From positions 1,417,617 to 1,481,616 of the forward strand of contig ML992506.1 of NCBI GenBank assembly GCA_010093995.1: a DNA stretch of 64,000 bases, written 5' to 3'. The stretch comes from Elsinoe ampelina (taxonomy: Eukaryota). Within the stretch, counting starts at the first letter, position 1. Every line of letters begins with the position of its first letter. Shown here piece after piece: positions 12,201 to 22,678 of the stretch. Position numbers and translations under genes: made by a program. The notes beneath the pieces are model-generated. The model ran no database searches. It had not been told where the DNA came from and saw only the letters and a program-made list of their open reading frames with translations.

Positions 12201-12718
12201 CAAAGACTGTCAAGAATTTCACCGAGAATGTTACTCATGTCGTGTGGAAGGACGGTTCACCTGCCACTTTGGCCAAGGTCAAATCTGCGCGCCGTGAAGG
12301 GAGAGACATTGCCCTTGTCGGCTCAAGATGGGTAGTAGAGTGCGACAGTCTAGGTGAGAGGGTTGATGAATCAAAGGATGAATTTGTTGTTGATATGGAT
12401 GGTATGATTGGAAGCCAGAGACGACGCAAGAGTCTCGAGCCTAAGGCCTTGACCGCTCTGAATGGTCCCATCTTGACGCCCGGCAGGAACAGGAGCAGCC
12501 GTATGAGTGTCGCTAGTGAAGCCTGGGCCGAAAGTCCCATGAAGGGAGGCGGGAATGAGGATCATATGCCCTTCAGCGATGATGAAGATGAATGGTTCGA
12601 GGACACGCCGGTGAGGGAGCGGTCGCAGCTGGAGGCACCGGGCAGTGTGCCAGTACAAAGGATACAGAGGGAAGGGTGGGAGAGTAGGAGGCTTACTGCC
12701 TGGGAAGACAGAGATTGA
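9233..12718 (+). CDS. Large low-complexity protein with a C-terminal BRCT (microcephalin-like) domain
   Basis: Uninterrupted ORF of about 1160 aa. PLRGVVAYVEV...LQRLGAK..VTHVVWKDG...LVGSRWVVEC is a BRCT pattern. Confidence 0.8.
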   Translation: MPTTRAMAKQATVNSDDKENEIGHSLRKKPVRRANTKTAGSKAKGRKATQQEEAASPLSPKKVTQMSHARTRQTQSELTGAKVTLLVDNNNGPVKARRAVTRQAAGTQPASAPDFDLEQRPRPQGPKPRQTRKNWNAAQGGTKDNVPADVHNEPAAKRLSLQNSPAVDRKCPDDRIITSPSHNGSPSQGTLRRSLAGTPMENKTILMPARHSFASQYQVDITSTDLDALSDDELCGPKTALHRFASKVTSPEPNACTSNIGPEQVHRRPSATPLAKTFKTPQRKMLVHRAGENQPQTTKVPLKPADTSLPRRPMSVTRGSSVAYVFHPLPKASRVHSPLKGPYQWPVTPSDEEDDPIDDDDKASVTSSRKSSVSRSNAGSRPNTPGSRRSTITPQVRERFTQLLLSESDEDSEDSEDDDQDEPVTDYFPHLRQTDAPGSVAAAEFEPDVESEESEDDLDANLEDDLAEHNSALTSEEGSLCDESADLSEDAPQLPSGIFESTPPHMALEVSRLALESSPASEDELAGTPTLTRLSHLSSSSVSSTPRPSVSFNLGAGDVSDTLSQTPKSRPRLSEFRTPHMRSALEEFDDASLITPGVEVPYGTLDRNRTVCIDPSLLSSQDTEPLSHRKDSVQIDGCEYDTSMKPIPTLQSRTVSGQMAPFIASPKKTRETEARLSLLLNTDGLIEDAEDDEASWLADVDTTVLIKRTDTHQEQATVGAEETGPSEGSQVDDSSVVDGSVIYNTTTNHVSFPTTLAQSLFDPSFLEEDATPHYALPTVSSDIRRKSMPLLSSHTPRPNTYRPRTAETNVKSTATPSHFAKLWLDRQDQPSAPPSRRQSMLPVTPSAGTAQLLPSSLPRATSSLALRKRASVQSVRHSYVDPTTPVISATAPRPRCYTPSSVVASLKIASARPTPAVVSPPRKLTSPKKMTSPRKVQTPARATPASARDGAFTPHPNAPLRGVVAYVEVFTCSALPASASFVTSLQRLGAKTVKNFTENVTHVVWKDGSPATLAKVKSARREGRDIALVGSRWVVECDSLGERVDESKDEFVVDMDGMIGSQRRRKSLEPKALTALNGPILTPGRNRSSRMSVASEAWAESPMKGGGNEDHMPFSDDEDEWFEDTPVRERSQLEAPGSVPVQRIQREGWESRRLTAWEDRD

Positions 12719-13244
12719 GCATACCGAGGAGATCCTCTGATGCTAGCTACTTATGATTCACGATGGGACTGCCGACGGAAGTGCTCCAGGCATGGTGTTA
12801 GAATAGGATACTCTTCTTCTGGCTATCAAGCGAGCTATGATTCAAATTCGAGTATCCACCTCTTGACTGATTCTGTCGATGGCATCTTCCCTCCCTTTGA
12901 AGTGGTCTAGCATAACTCTGTGTCGTCCGAGGCACGATATGCAGTGGAAGTTTCGGAAAAGTCCATAACAATCACAACGCCCTGACTTTTGCCTCGGCTT
13001 GCCCCAGCTTTCCCCACAAGGGTAAACCTTCTTTGGTCGGACCATCTCACTTCCGTCGTTGCTGGTAAAAGGCCGACGAGGCCGACCACGCCAACATGCT
13101 TCTTTCATGGTGCTGACACTCGTGAGACTGTCTTGCTAGGTATATCGTTTCCTTTCAAGCTCTTCCATGCCCTCTCGATAGACCTCTGCTTGAATACCGG
13201 GTGCACCTCTCTACCTTCTCCAGCCTCACCCGTCTCGTGTCAAG

Positions 13245-15238
13245 ATGGCAGGTAAGTACACCAACACTGCAGCCATTGACGTCCGCTTACCACACTCCCA
13301 GTCCTCCCAGTAGCTCTCTCCCTTCCCCTGGCCGTCTCGTCCCTCGCCTACCTCAATGCCAAAACGAATTTCACTCAAGATGCCGGTCTGCTCAAGAACA
13401 TGCTTGTGGGTGCTATCAAGACACTAAGAGCGTTCAAGCATGGCCGGGCAAATATGTTCTACAGCCTTGAGGAGTATGCTTTATCGTCAAAGAAAGCCGA
13501 TCATCCGTTCCTTGTCATTCCGCCACAGCTGCCGAGGGATGTGACTTCGTTGAGCGTGGAGGAGGTGAAGAGCTTGAAGGGCGAGGAGTGGACATATAGG
13601 GAGGTGTATGATATTGTGCTGAAGTACGCTCAATGGCTCAAAGAAGAGCACGGGATCAAAAAGGACGATATAGTAGCATTGGACTGTGGGAACAAGCCTG
13701 TTTTCTTTTTTGTCTGGTTTGCACTCTGGAGCTTGGGAGCACGACCAGCCTTCATCAACACCAGCTTGCGAGGGGAAGGATTCCTACACTGCGTCAAGAC
13801 TAGCAGCTCAAAGCTCTTGGTTGTCGAAGATGATCTTAAGGACACGCTGACCCCAGAAGTCACCTCGGAGCTAAGCAAGCTCAATGTTCCAAGCGCCATC
13901 CTCAATTCCACCCTCCACTCCCACATCCTCACCCTCGAAGGCCACCGCGCCTGCGACGATTGCCGCTCCGGCATTGAACCCACCGGTATGGCCATGCTGA
14001 TCTTCACATCCGGCACCACCGGTCTCCCCAAACCTGCTGTCATAACATGGAAACGCTACCACGGCACCACTCATTCCATCTACCCCCACCTCGAATTCCG
14101 TTCAACGGAACGATACTACACCGCCCTTCCCCTCTACCACTCCTCCGCCTCCATGCTCGGCCTCGGCCCCGTCCTCGCCTCCGGCACCACCCTCATCCTC
14201 TCCCCGCACTTCTCCCCCCGCACCTTCTTCCCCTCCCTCGTCGCCACCCGTGCCACCTCAGTCCAATACATCGGCGAAATGTGCCGCTACCTCCTCACGT
14301 CCCCGCCCACCCCCTTCGACACCGCCCACACGGTGGAACGCTTCTTCGGCAACGGCATCCGCCCAGACGTCTGGCTCCCCTTCAAAACCCGGTTCGCCAT
14401 CCCGGAAATCGCAGAATTCTACGGCGCCACCGAGTCCCCCGCCAGCACCTTTATCAAATCCAGGAACAACTTCGGCGAGGGCGCCATCGGCCGCCGCGGT
14501 CTCCTCGTCTCCCTGCTGACAGGCAACCAATCCATCCTCGTCCGCCACGACGTGGAAACAGGCGAACCCGTGCGCTGCCCCACCACGGGCCTCTGCGTGC
14601 GCTGCGGGGCCGACGAACCCGGCGAACTACTGGGGTGGGTCGACCCGGCGAACATCCGGGAGAAATTCGCGGGGTACTGGGGCAACGAGGCCGCGAGCCA
14701 GGGCAAGATTCTCCGCGACGTGCTGAGGGAGGGCGACGCGTATTTCCGCACCGGCGACCTCATACGCACCGACAAGGAGGGGAGGAGTTTTTTCGTCGAC
14801 AGGGTGGGTGATACGTTCCGGTGGAAAGGCGAGAATGTCTCCACCGGCGAGGTGGAGAAGGTCTTGGCCGCCGCCGAGGGCGTGGCCGAGGTGGTGGTTT
14901 ACGGGGTCCAGTTGCCCGGGCATGATGGGCGGGCGGGGTGTGCGGCGGTTTTGTTCAAGGGGGACGGGGAGGTGGGTGATGTGGCGCTGGACAAGTTGGG
15001 GGCGTATGTCAAGGAGAGGTTGCCGAGGTTTGCGTGGCCGTTGTTTTTGAGGAGGGTGAGGGGGTTGGACACTACGGGCACGAGCAAGTATCAGAAGCAG
15101 GGGTTGAGGGCGCAGGGGGTGGATCCGGCGAAGACGGGGCAGGATGAGGTTTGGTGGTTGGAGGGCGGGACCGGGGGGTATAGGCGGTTTGGCCAGGGGG
15201 AGTGGCAGGCGATTGTGGCGGGAAAGACGAGGTTGTGA
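13245..15238 (+). CDS. FAT1: Very-long-chain acyl-CoA synthetase / fatty acid transport protein (short first exon)
   Basis: IFTSGTTGLPK AMP-binding motif, EFYGATE, and YFRTGDL...DRVGDTFRWKGENVST FATP motif. C-terminal TRL is PTS1-like. Confidence 0.88.
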
Positions 15239-15422
15239 GGATATGGAGGAGAATGGTGCTTGATTGGATCGCTATTCTATGTAAATAATGATCGCTATGC
15301 CATGCTCGCTCGAATGCATGATGAAAAAGACCGAAATAGCCCTTTGGGAGCCGTGTATAGGGCCTGGTATGCTTTCTGAGCTCACTTGTCGTGGAGTGTG
15401 TCGCTATCCTGTGCGCCATTGA

Positions 15423-17437
15423 TCATCTCCTGTTCACGATGTGATACAGCTCGTCATCCTCACTTCCACCACTGCCCTTTTTGGATCCCCCGCCATTCTT
15501 TGCATGACCCTTTTGTTCATCCTCCTTACTGTCATTGACGCCCAAGCGAGAAGCCATGTAGGCCAGCATCCCACCATTCTCCTTGAGTCGGTCATAGTTC
15601 TGCATGTCGTTCCCGTCGTCGGTAGCGGCGTTGGTGATGCTGCCAGTCGAGCCTTCACCCGCCGGCTGGGCGCTGACGATTGTCGCCTTCTTGGACTTTC
15701 CCATCTCCTCGATCGCCGCTGCTGCCACGTTCTGAAGTTCTTGCGCGTCGTTCTGCGTAGTTTCGGGTGGATCATCAAACGTCATGAGATCTTCTTCCTC
15801 CACTGCCACTGGGGCAGGTTGCGGCGCAGGAGCAGGCGCCACCACAGACGTGCTAATCACCGGAGGTGCTGAAGAGGTAGCAACACCCGCGCCGTCCTGA
15901 GTCGCCGTCTGATCGCCAAATTGCCTCCCTTCTTTGTCACCAACCGCCAAACCGATCGCGATAGCCAGCGTATACCAAGCGTCGTTGCCGGCGTTGTGGA
16001 GATGCCACGGCTCAATATCGAGCTCGCCAAGGATCTTTCCAAGGCGAGTCTTGTTCCTGTTCCCAGTGAGAGCAGAGTATAGCGTGCATGTATCCGCAAT
16101 GTGGACGATGTTGGTGAGGTTTCTGATATCATACCCCACCTGTCGGAGGTACGCAATATCGTTGTCGGTGTCGTGGCCCAGCAAGATGATGTTACGCTTC
16201 GGCTCACCGCCTGGAAACCATTCTGGCGCAACAGGATTATGCTTCATCTCTTGTCCGGTGGTAGGATCCACCCATCGAACCTCTGCATCTTTGGGCCCGC
16301 TGAAGACAGTGACCTTTTCTGGTGCGATTTCAGAAGGCCCGCTGAATGGTGGGCGGAAGCATGTCCCAACCATCCTTGCCATGTCACTGCCGGGCACGAA
16401 TTCAGATACCCCGTTTCTGAAGTTGTCCGGACAGCCGTTGATGAAATCTTTGTTGATATGATAGCGGTATTCGCTTGTCCGAAAGTGACGAGCACGAATC
16501 TTCTCCCGCCACTTGATGCCGAGCGGACCAGGTGGGACGCCGCGCAGATCGTTGGTATCTAGGGTGCTGATGCCAATCTCGGTGATGATGTTCTTCATTC
16601 TTTCGTGAGCCTCGACATCGACCGAAATAATGACAGCAGACTCATGGAAGGAGAAAGGAGCCGACATGTTGACGTCAAACGCCTCCTTGTCACCTGTGAG
16701 AGGTCAGCATACGCTCACGGATGCAAGTCTAACAAGGATACTTGTGTAGGATGGCACATGTGGTTCCAGGCCCAAGACGGCCTGCATCCTCAAGAGAGCT
16801 TCGGTATTCGACTTTCTGAGGAGGGCCTGCATCTGTGCCTGCTTCTCCTTCTTGTTCTTCGCCGCACAGACTGTGGTCTGCTGAATCGTCTCCTGCAGCA
16901 GTCTCATCAACTCAGGGTTCGATGACGTTCTTGGATCGAGCTTGAATGGGGTTGCGCGATCTCGCAACAGATCAAAGTCCACACGGCTGCGCACTTCTCC
17001 ATCCAGTATCGTAGGGCCTACTCCAGGGAAGTATTTGAAATCTGCGACGACACCGGGCCATTCCTCTGGGTTTGGAACAATAATCCTTCCGTCTTTCGGA
17101 AATCGCTTCTTGATTCTATTGATGAACTCCTTGGCGTCTGTCTCATGCAGCAGTATCAGGGGGGCGTCTGGATTGATCTCGTCGCACCAGAAGTAGTAGC
17201 TGGCGGATGCGTTAGTTGCTTCAGTCTATTCCATGAAGAGTGAGAAACTCACAAGCGCCATGGACACTTGCTGTAGAACTTGTCAGAGCCAAAGAAGGTG
17301 TTGAAAACTCCATCCGGCTTCTTGAAATCCTTGATTTTCCATACGAGCGTCGGTAGCTGCCTCATAATATCGAATGAGACATAGCGATGGTGGCCCTGCT
17401 TCTCGGGCAGCTTGGATGCAGAATTTTTCGACATCAT
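15423..17437 (-). CDS. QIP/Gfd2-like DEDDh 3'-5' exonuclease (QDE-2-interacting-protein family), at least 3 exons
   Basis: VIISVDVEAHE..ITEIGISTLDT, LLGHDTDNDI and LHNAGNDAWYT motifs. Upstream exons splice in frame (donors near 17252 and 16741). The 5' end is uncertain. Confidence 0.8.
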
Positions 17438-17481
17438 GTGACCTTGAAGTCGAATGCCTGGTGTGACAATACAGGATAATC

Positions 17482-19013
17482 CTACTCTGCTGGTGTGTGC
17501 AATCGACTCGCTCCACTCATCAACCGTCTGATCAAGTCTTCGGCCGGTATGTCCCGAACGGACTTTATCGAAGACGTGTTACGTGAAGATGAAGCTGTCG
17601 TCGAGCTTTTCACTTCACCTGCTTCGTCGCGGGAGTCGCCGCTGTCACGTGAAGATGAGGGTTCTGCGGCAAGTGATTGGTTCCGATCTCCTGGAAGAAT
17701 TCCCAATGTTTGCTGATGAGCTCGCTCTTTGACCTCTCGGCGAAACTTGTCAACCGAGGCAATTGTCAAAGACAGGCTGAGTCGAGGATCACTCTTGACG
17801 TATGTCAGCGGTACAGACTTGGGTGGCACCCGAGCGGCGCTTGACGAATCGTCCACGACCAATAGATCGCCCGGCAGATTTGCGAAGTCGTTCACTTCCT
17901 CCTCCGCCTGCTTACGAGGACTTCTGCGATTCAAGCTTTTGTCCGGATTCACGGCTGAGTATCCAGGGCGTCTTGCAGCAGCTGCCCGGCTACGATCTGC
18001 GACAACTGTTTGCCTTGTCACGGGGGCTGATGTCTGCTTGGCCTGAGGCGACTTGTGCTCGGATGCACTGGCCAGCGCTTCCTGCCGCGCAAGCTGATGG
18101 ATATCTACAAGCCGGTGTATGATTGTGCGGTCTTCTGATAGCAAGCAGGTAATACCCTCCCGCAGCTCCGGTCGTGAACGGACAGGCCGTCCCAGACTGC
18201 CGGCTCGATGGCAAAGTTCTTTATTCCATGCTTTCAATTCCCGATCCAGAAATTTCAGCGATCGCTTTGCCAGCGAAGACCCGCTCTTCTCGGTATCGAG
18301 TGCTCGTTGTTCCAACCTAATGAAATATTGCAATGAGAAAAGGACCTCACGGACGATCGACTGTTGGCCGGTTTCAACGATTCGAGTGTATGCGTTGTGT
18401 CGAATGCTGTATTCTTTAGGAATTGACAACAGCCGTTGGACAAGGCCGAGGAGTTTGGTATAGGTCGTTTGAAGTTGCAGTTCTCCAGATTCGTCTTCGA
18501 GTCCAGCAAGATCTGATGAGAGCGCCTGGTAAATCTTGTCTCGGGCCTTAGAAGCTTGAGCTGTGCTTTGTGGGTAACGTTGTGTACTTGGCTGCTCGGT
18601 GTGAACAGCTTCTCCCGTCGATTTTTCTGAGACTGCCGCTTCGATTTGTGTCCACAGCGATCCAAGTGAGGCCTCTATACCCGATACGTCGGCAACAGGA
18701 CCTTCTTCTTGGGCGATGTTCTGTGCTTGATGCTCAAGCCGCTTGACTTGCTGCAAATAGTCCCGGACTAACGAATTCTGCTCTTTCGCAAGATCAAACT
18801 TCCTTTGCCATGCAAGATCTGTGATCCCGTCGCTTTCGCTGGCGGTGCCAGTCTCGCCGCGCAGGACACCCTTTGCGATGGAGCGTCGATAAAGGATCTG
18901 TGGCGATTTACTAAGATATTGCAATCCGGCTGAATTGACGAGGTCAGCACTGTAGATACGTGTCGACCGGGCGCTTCACCTGTTGTTTCGCTAAAGTGTT
19001 TGCGCACTCTCAT
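17482..19013 (-). CDS. Uncharacterised protein of about 490 aa (possibly a 5' part of the QIP-like gene)
   Basis: ATG at 19013 downstream of a TATA-like sequence. A short exon and intron join a 480-codon open frame. No recognisable domain. Confidence 0.55.
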
Positions 19014-19279
19014 TGCTGAGGACACCAAGTATATATACAGCAACTGTGGCAAGCAAGCGCCGGCAAGTCGCACAACCCGTCCTTGCTACACCTTGTACCA
19101 CACTTAGCGCAACACGGCATATGTGACTTGCTAGATCAGGCAGCCTTGTGCGTTTGGAGGCTGTCGTTCAAATAGTCCATCGCACAAATTGAGAATGAAC
19201 TAGGAAATGCACTCGATGCGAGCAAATTTCTGCTCCGCATGTCGCACCGACGCCGCACGGAATGGTTGCATCCACACTA

Positions 19280-21073
19280 CAGCTGTTTCGGATTCAAGCC
19301 GGCCACCCCAGCCTTGGCGCGGAACCAAAAAAAGGTCTCACGACTTTTTGCGGGGGGGGGGGGGGGCCGGGGGGGGAATTTCCCCCCGGTTTTATATTGA
19401 CAATAACGTACTAACTATACGTAGTATATAGAAGATCTATATATCGTTCGATTCGTCTTAAAGAGCTCTATCTAGTAGTATAGAGTTCAGAGCAAGAAAC
19501 GTTATATCTAGCTAAGTAGGTTTACTAGTAAAACTCTGTTATTTTCCCCTACCTAGCTCTTTACTTACTATATAGAGGTTTATAGTATATATAGCCTATA
19601 TAGAAGGCTAGTCTAGAAGCTATACTCGGAGCGCGTACTAGCTATATAGCCTAATATAGCTTATAGAAGGCGCTATAAGTAGTAGAAGAGGTATTTTTAG
19701 AATTTACCCCTCTTAGGCTAGTATATAAGCTATAGAGTAGTTAGAGATATATAGAATATATATATAGGTAGCTAATAAGTAGTACTAGAAGCGCGTATAG
19801 GCTTTAGCTTAGTAGAAGCTCTTTTAAAATAGTATATTTTACTAGTAAATTCTATATTATTATAAGTATTTAAACTAAGCTTTCACTAAGCTATAGCCTA
19901 TACGCGCTTCTAGTACTACTTATTAGCTGCCTATATATATATTCTATATATCTTTAACTATTCTATAGCTCCTATACTAGCCTAAGAGGGGTAAATCCTA
20001 GTATTTACTCTTCTAACACCTTTAGGACTGTTTATAAGCTATATTAGGCTATATAGCTAGTACGCGCTCGAAGTATAGCTTCTAAACTAGCCTTCTATAT
20101 AGGCTATATATACTATAAACCTTTATATAGTAAGTAAAGAGCTAGGTAGGGGAAAATGACAGAGTTTTACTAGTAACCCTACTTGGCTAGATATAACGTT
20201 TCTTGATCTAAACTTTATATTACTAGATAGAGCTCTTTAAGACGAATCGAACGATATATAGATCTTCTATATACTACGTATAGTCAGTACGTTATTGTCA
20301 ATATAAAACCGGGTGGCAAATTCTCCCCCCGCTCTATAAAAAAGTTATAAAACCTTATTTTAGGGCGGGGGGGGGGAATTTGCCACCCGGTTTTATATTA
20401 GCGATAGTACGCTAATTAGGCACTAGATATAGAAGATCTATATATCGTTAGATTCGTCTAAAAGAGCTCTATCTAGTAATATAAGATTTATAGTAAGAAA
20501 TGCTAGATCTAGCCTAGTAGGTTTACTAGTAAAACTCTATTATTCTCCTCTACCTAGCTCTTTACTTACTATATAGAGGCTTATAGTATATATAGCTTAT
20601 ATAGAAGGCTAGTTTAGAAGCTACTCTCGAAGCGCGTACTAAGCTTTTAGCCTTAGATAGCTTATCTAAAGCACTATAAGTAGTAGAAGAGGTATTTTTA
20701 GAATTTACCCCTCCTTAGCTAGTATATAAGCTATAGAGTAGCTAGAGATATATAGAATATATATATAGGTAGCTAATAAGTAGTACTAGAAGCGCGTATA
20801 GGCTATAGCTTAGTAGAAGCTTAGTTTAAATACTTATAATAATATAGAATTTACTAGTAAAATATACTATTTTAAAAGAGCTTTTACTAAGCTATAGCTT
20901 ATATGCGCTTCTAGTACTACTTATTAGCTACCTATATATATATTCTATATATCTCTAGCTACTCTATAGCTTATATACTAGCTAAGGAGGGGTAAATTCN
21001 NNNNNNNNNTCGTGAGACCTTTTTTTGGTTCCGCGCCAAGGCTGGGGTGGCCGGCTTGAATCCGAAACAGCTG
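19280..21073. mobile_element. Non-autonomous Tc1/mariner-type foldback element with RIP-degraded interior; contains an assembly gap
   Basis: Perfect 64-bp inverted termini (19280-19343 and 21010-21073, CAGCTGTTTCGG...) flanked by TA on both sides. The interior is extremely TpA-rich and built of ~450-bp arms in alternating orientation. N-run at 21000-21009. Confidence 0.85.
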
Positions 21074-21236
21074 TACCTGAACATATCGAGTGTGATAGCA
21101 ATCATCACAATAGAAAGGATAGGCAGTTGTGAACTTCAATGGCATTGGCTGAAGAGCTACAAATGCTCCCTGGTTCGTCCGATTAAAATGCAACATCGTT
21201 TCTAGCTATGGAGCGAATTCCCTCCCAGCCGAGCAT

Positions 21237-22241
21237 CTATTCGAAGAAGCCTCCATCACTCTCCTCCGCCTCCTCGTCTTGCTTCGTCTCAACCATCCTA
21301 TCTTTCTTCCTCTTTTCCTTTCTAGCGGTGCCCTTGCCCACATTCACCTCCGGCCTTTCAACCCCACATCCTTCCACCCTCCCCTCCCTCAGATCCTCCA
21401 ACGTTCCCTCAGCCATACACCTCTCCACCAACGCCCACATCTCCCTGTCCCCCTTCGCCTCTTCCCCACCATCCTCCTCGTCAGCCCCATCCTTGCCCTC
21501 CTTCCCCTTCCTCGGCCACAAACTCACGTACGCCCTCTCCAAAGGCCAATACAAAGCATAATTCAAATCCACCTCGGCCCTCCTCACCCTTTCCCTCGCT
21601 TCCCCCAGCATCCTCTCCCTCTCCCTATCCCCTCCCTTCCCACCCTTCCTCCTCCCTTCCCCCCCGTTCCCCCCCTCCCCTCCATCTCCCTCCCCCTCCC
21701 CCTCCCCGTCCTCCAACTCCTTCACCCCCCTCCTCGCCCTCCTCAACCTCCTCTCCCCCCTCCTCCTCTCAAAAAACCTCACCATATGCCACCTCCCCAC
21801 CATCTCCCCCCTCCTCCTCCTCCTCTCCTCCTCCACCACCTTCTCCTCCAGTCCCCTCAACTCCCTCTCCCTCTCCACCCTCACATTGGCAGGGAGCCGC
21901 TTCCGCTTCCCCTCTTCCCTCCGCTGGTGTTTCGCCGCAATGTCCAGCTCGTCTTTGCTGTGCAGGATGGCAGCGGAGCGGGAGGGGTGCAGGCCGTCCG
22001 GGTCGAGGGCGGGGAGGGGTCGGGTGTGCGGTCTCGGCGAGTCGAGGGCGTCGTCGTGGGAGAGGAGGCGGCGGAGGGAGCGGATGCGGGACTTCAGAGG
22101 CGCGAGGGGGTTGGGTTTTTTGGGCTTGTGGGGCCCGGAGCGCGAATGGGAGGGTTTGCTGGAGGAGTGGGAGGTGTTGGGTTTGTGTTTCTTGGAGGAG
22201 TGGGGATGGGAGGAGTCGGTGTGGGGGCGTTTGGTACCCAT
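21237..22241 (-). CDS. EFG1: rRNA-processing protein Efg1
   Basis: LKSRIRSLRRLL, LPANVRVERERE, WHMVRFFERR and VDLNYALYWPLERAYVSLWP motifs. Confidence 0.85.
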   Translation of the reverse strand: MGTKRPHTDSSHPHSSKKHKPNTSHSSSKPSHSRSGPHKPKKPNPLAPLKSRIRSLRRLLSHDDALDSPRPHTRPLPALDPDGLHPSRSAAILHSKDELDIAAKHQRREEGKRKRLPANVRVERERELRGLEEKVVEEERRRRRGEMVGRWHMVRFFERRRGERRLRRARRGVKELEDGEGEGEGDGGEGGNGGEGRRKGGKGGDRERERMLGEARERVRRAEVDLNYALYWPLERAYVSLWPRKGKEGKDGADEEDGGEEAKGDREMWALVERCMAEGTLEDLREGRVEGCGVERPEVNVGKGTARKEKRKKDRMVETKQDEEAEESDGGFFE

Positions 22242-22678
22242 GTTGCTCCGTGATTGTTGAGGGGTCGTAGTTGGGGGAAAAGTGAACGGTAGAGATGCAG
22301 AGAGCGGAGGAGTTTGAGAAAAAGTTGCGGCGAAGCGGAGGCGGGGCCTTGGCGTTTTTGAATCTGACACACCTGACTGGGCTGCCAGGGCAGCAACAAC
22401 CCTTCACTGAAGACGAGAGCAAGCGGATTGACGTTCATCATACTTCATTCATCTCCTGTCCACTGTCCATCAAATGCTAAAAGGGGGTATAGACATTTCC
22501 GAATCAAAAATCAGGCACCACATCCAGCACCATTATCCACCCAGATGCTCAAAGGCACACTCCGGCCAACCAATACGCCACGCCATGCCATGATGCAGGT
22601 CCAAAGCCCTTCCGCACAAATAAGTCACCGCTACCTCCCATGTTCCGTAATGCCATAGTCTCGTCAAAACAGTCTCGT

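Noticed and set aside
19280..21073. AT-rich repeats as a CRISPR array, origin or centromere
   Set aside because: The context is eukaryotic and the repeats are long inverted arms without unique spacers. TIRs, TA flanks and the RIP signature explain them.
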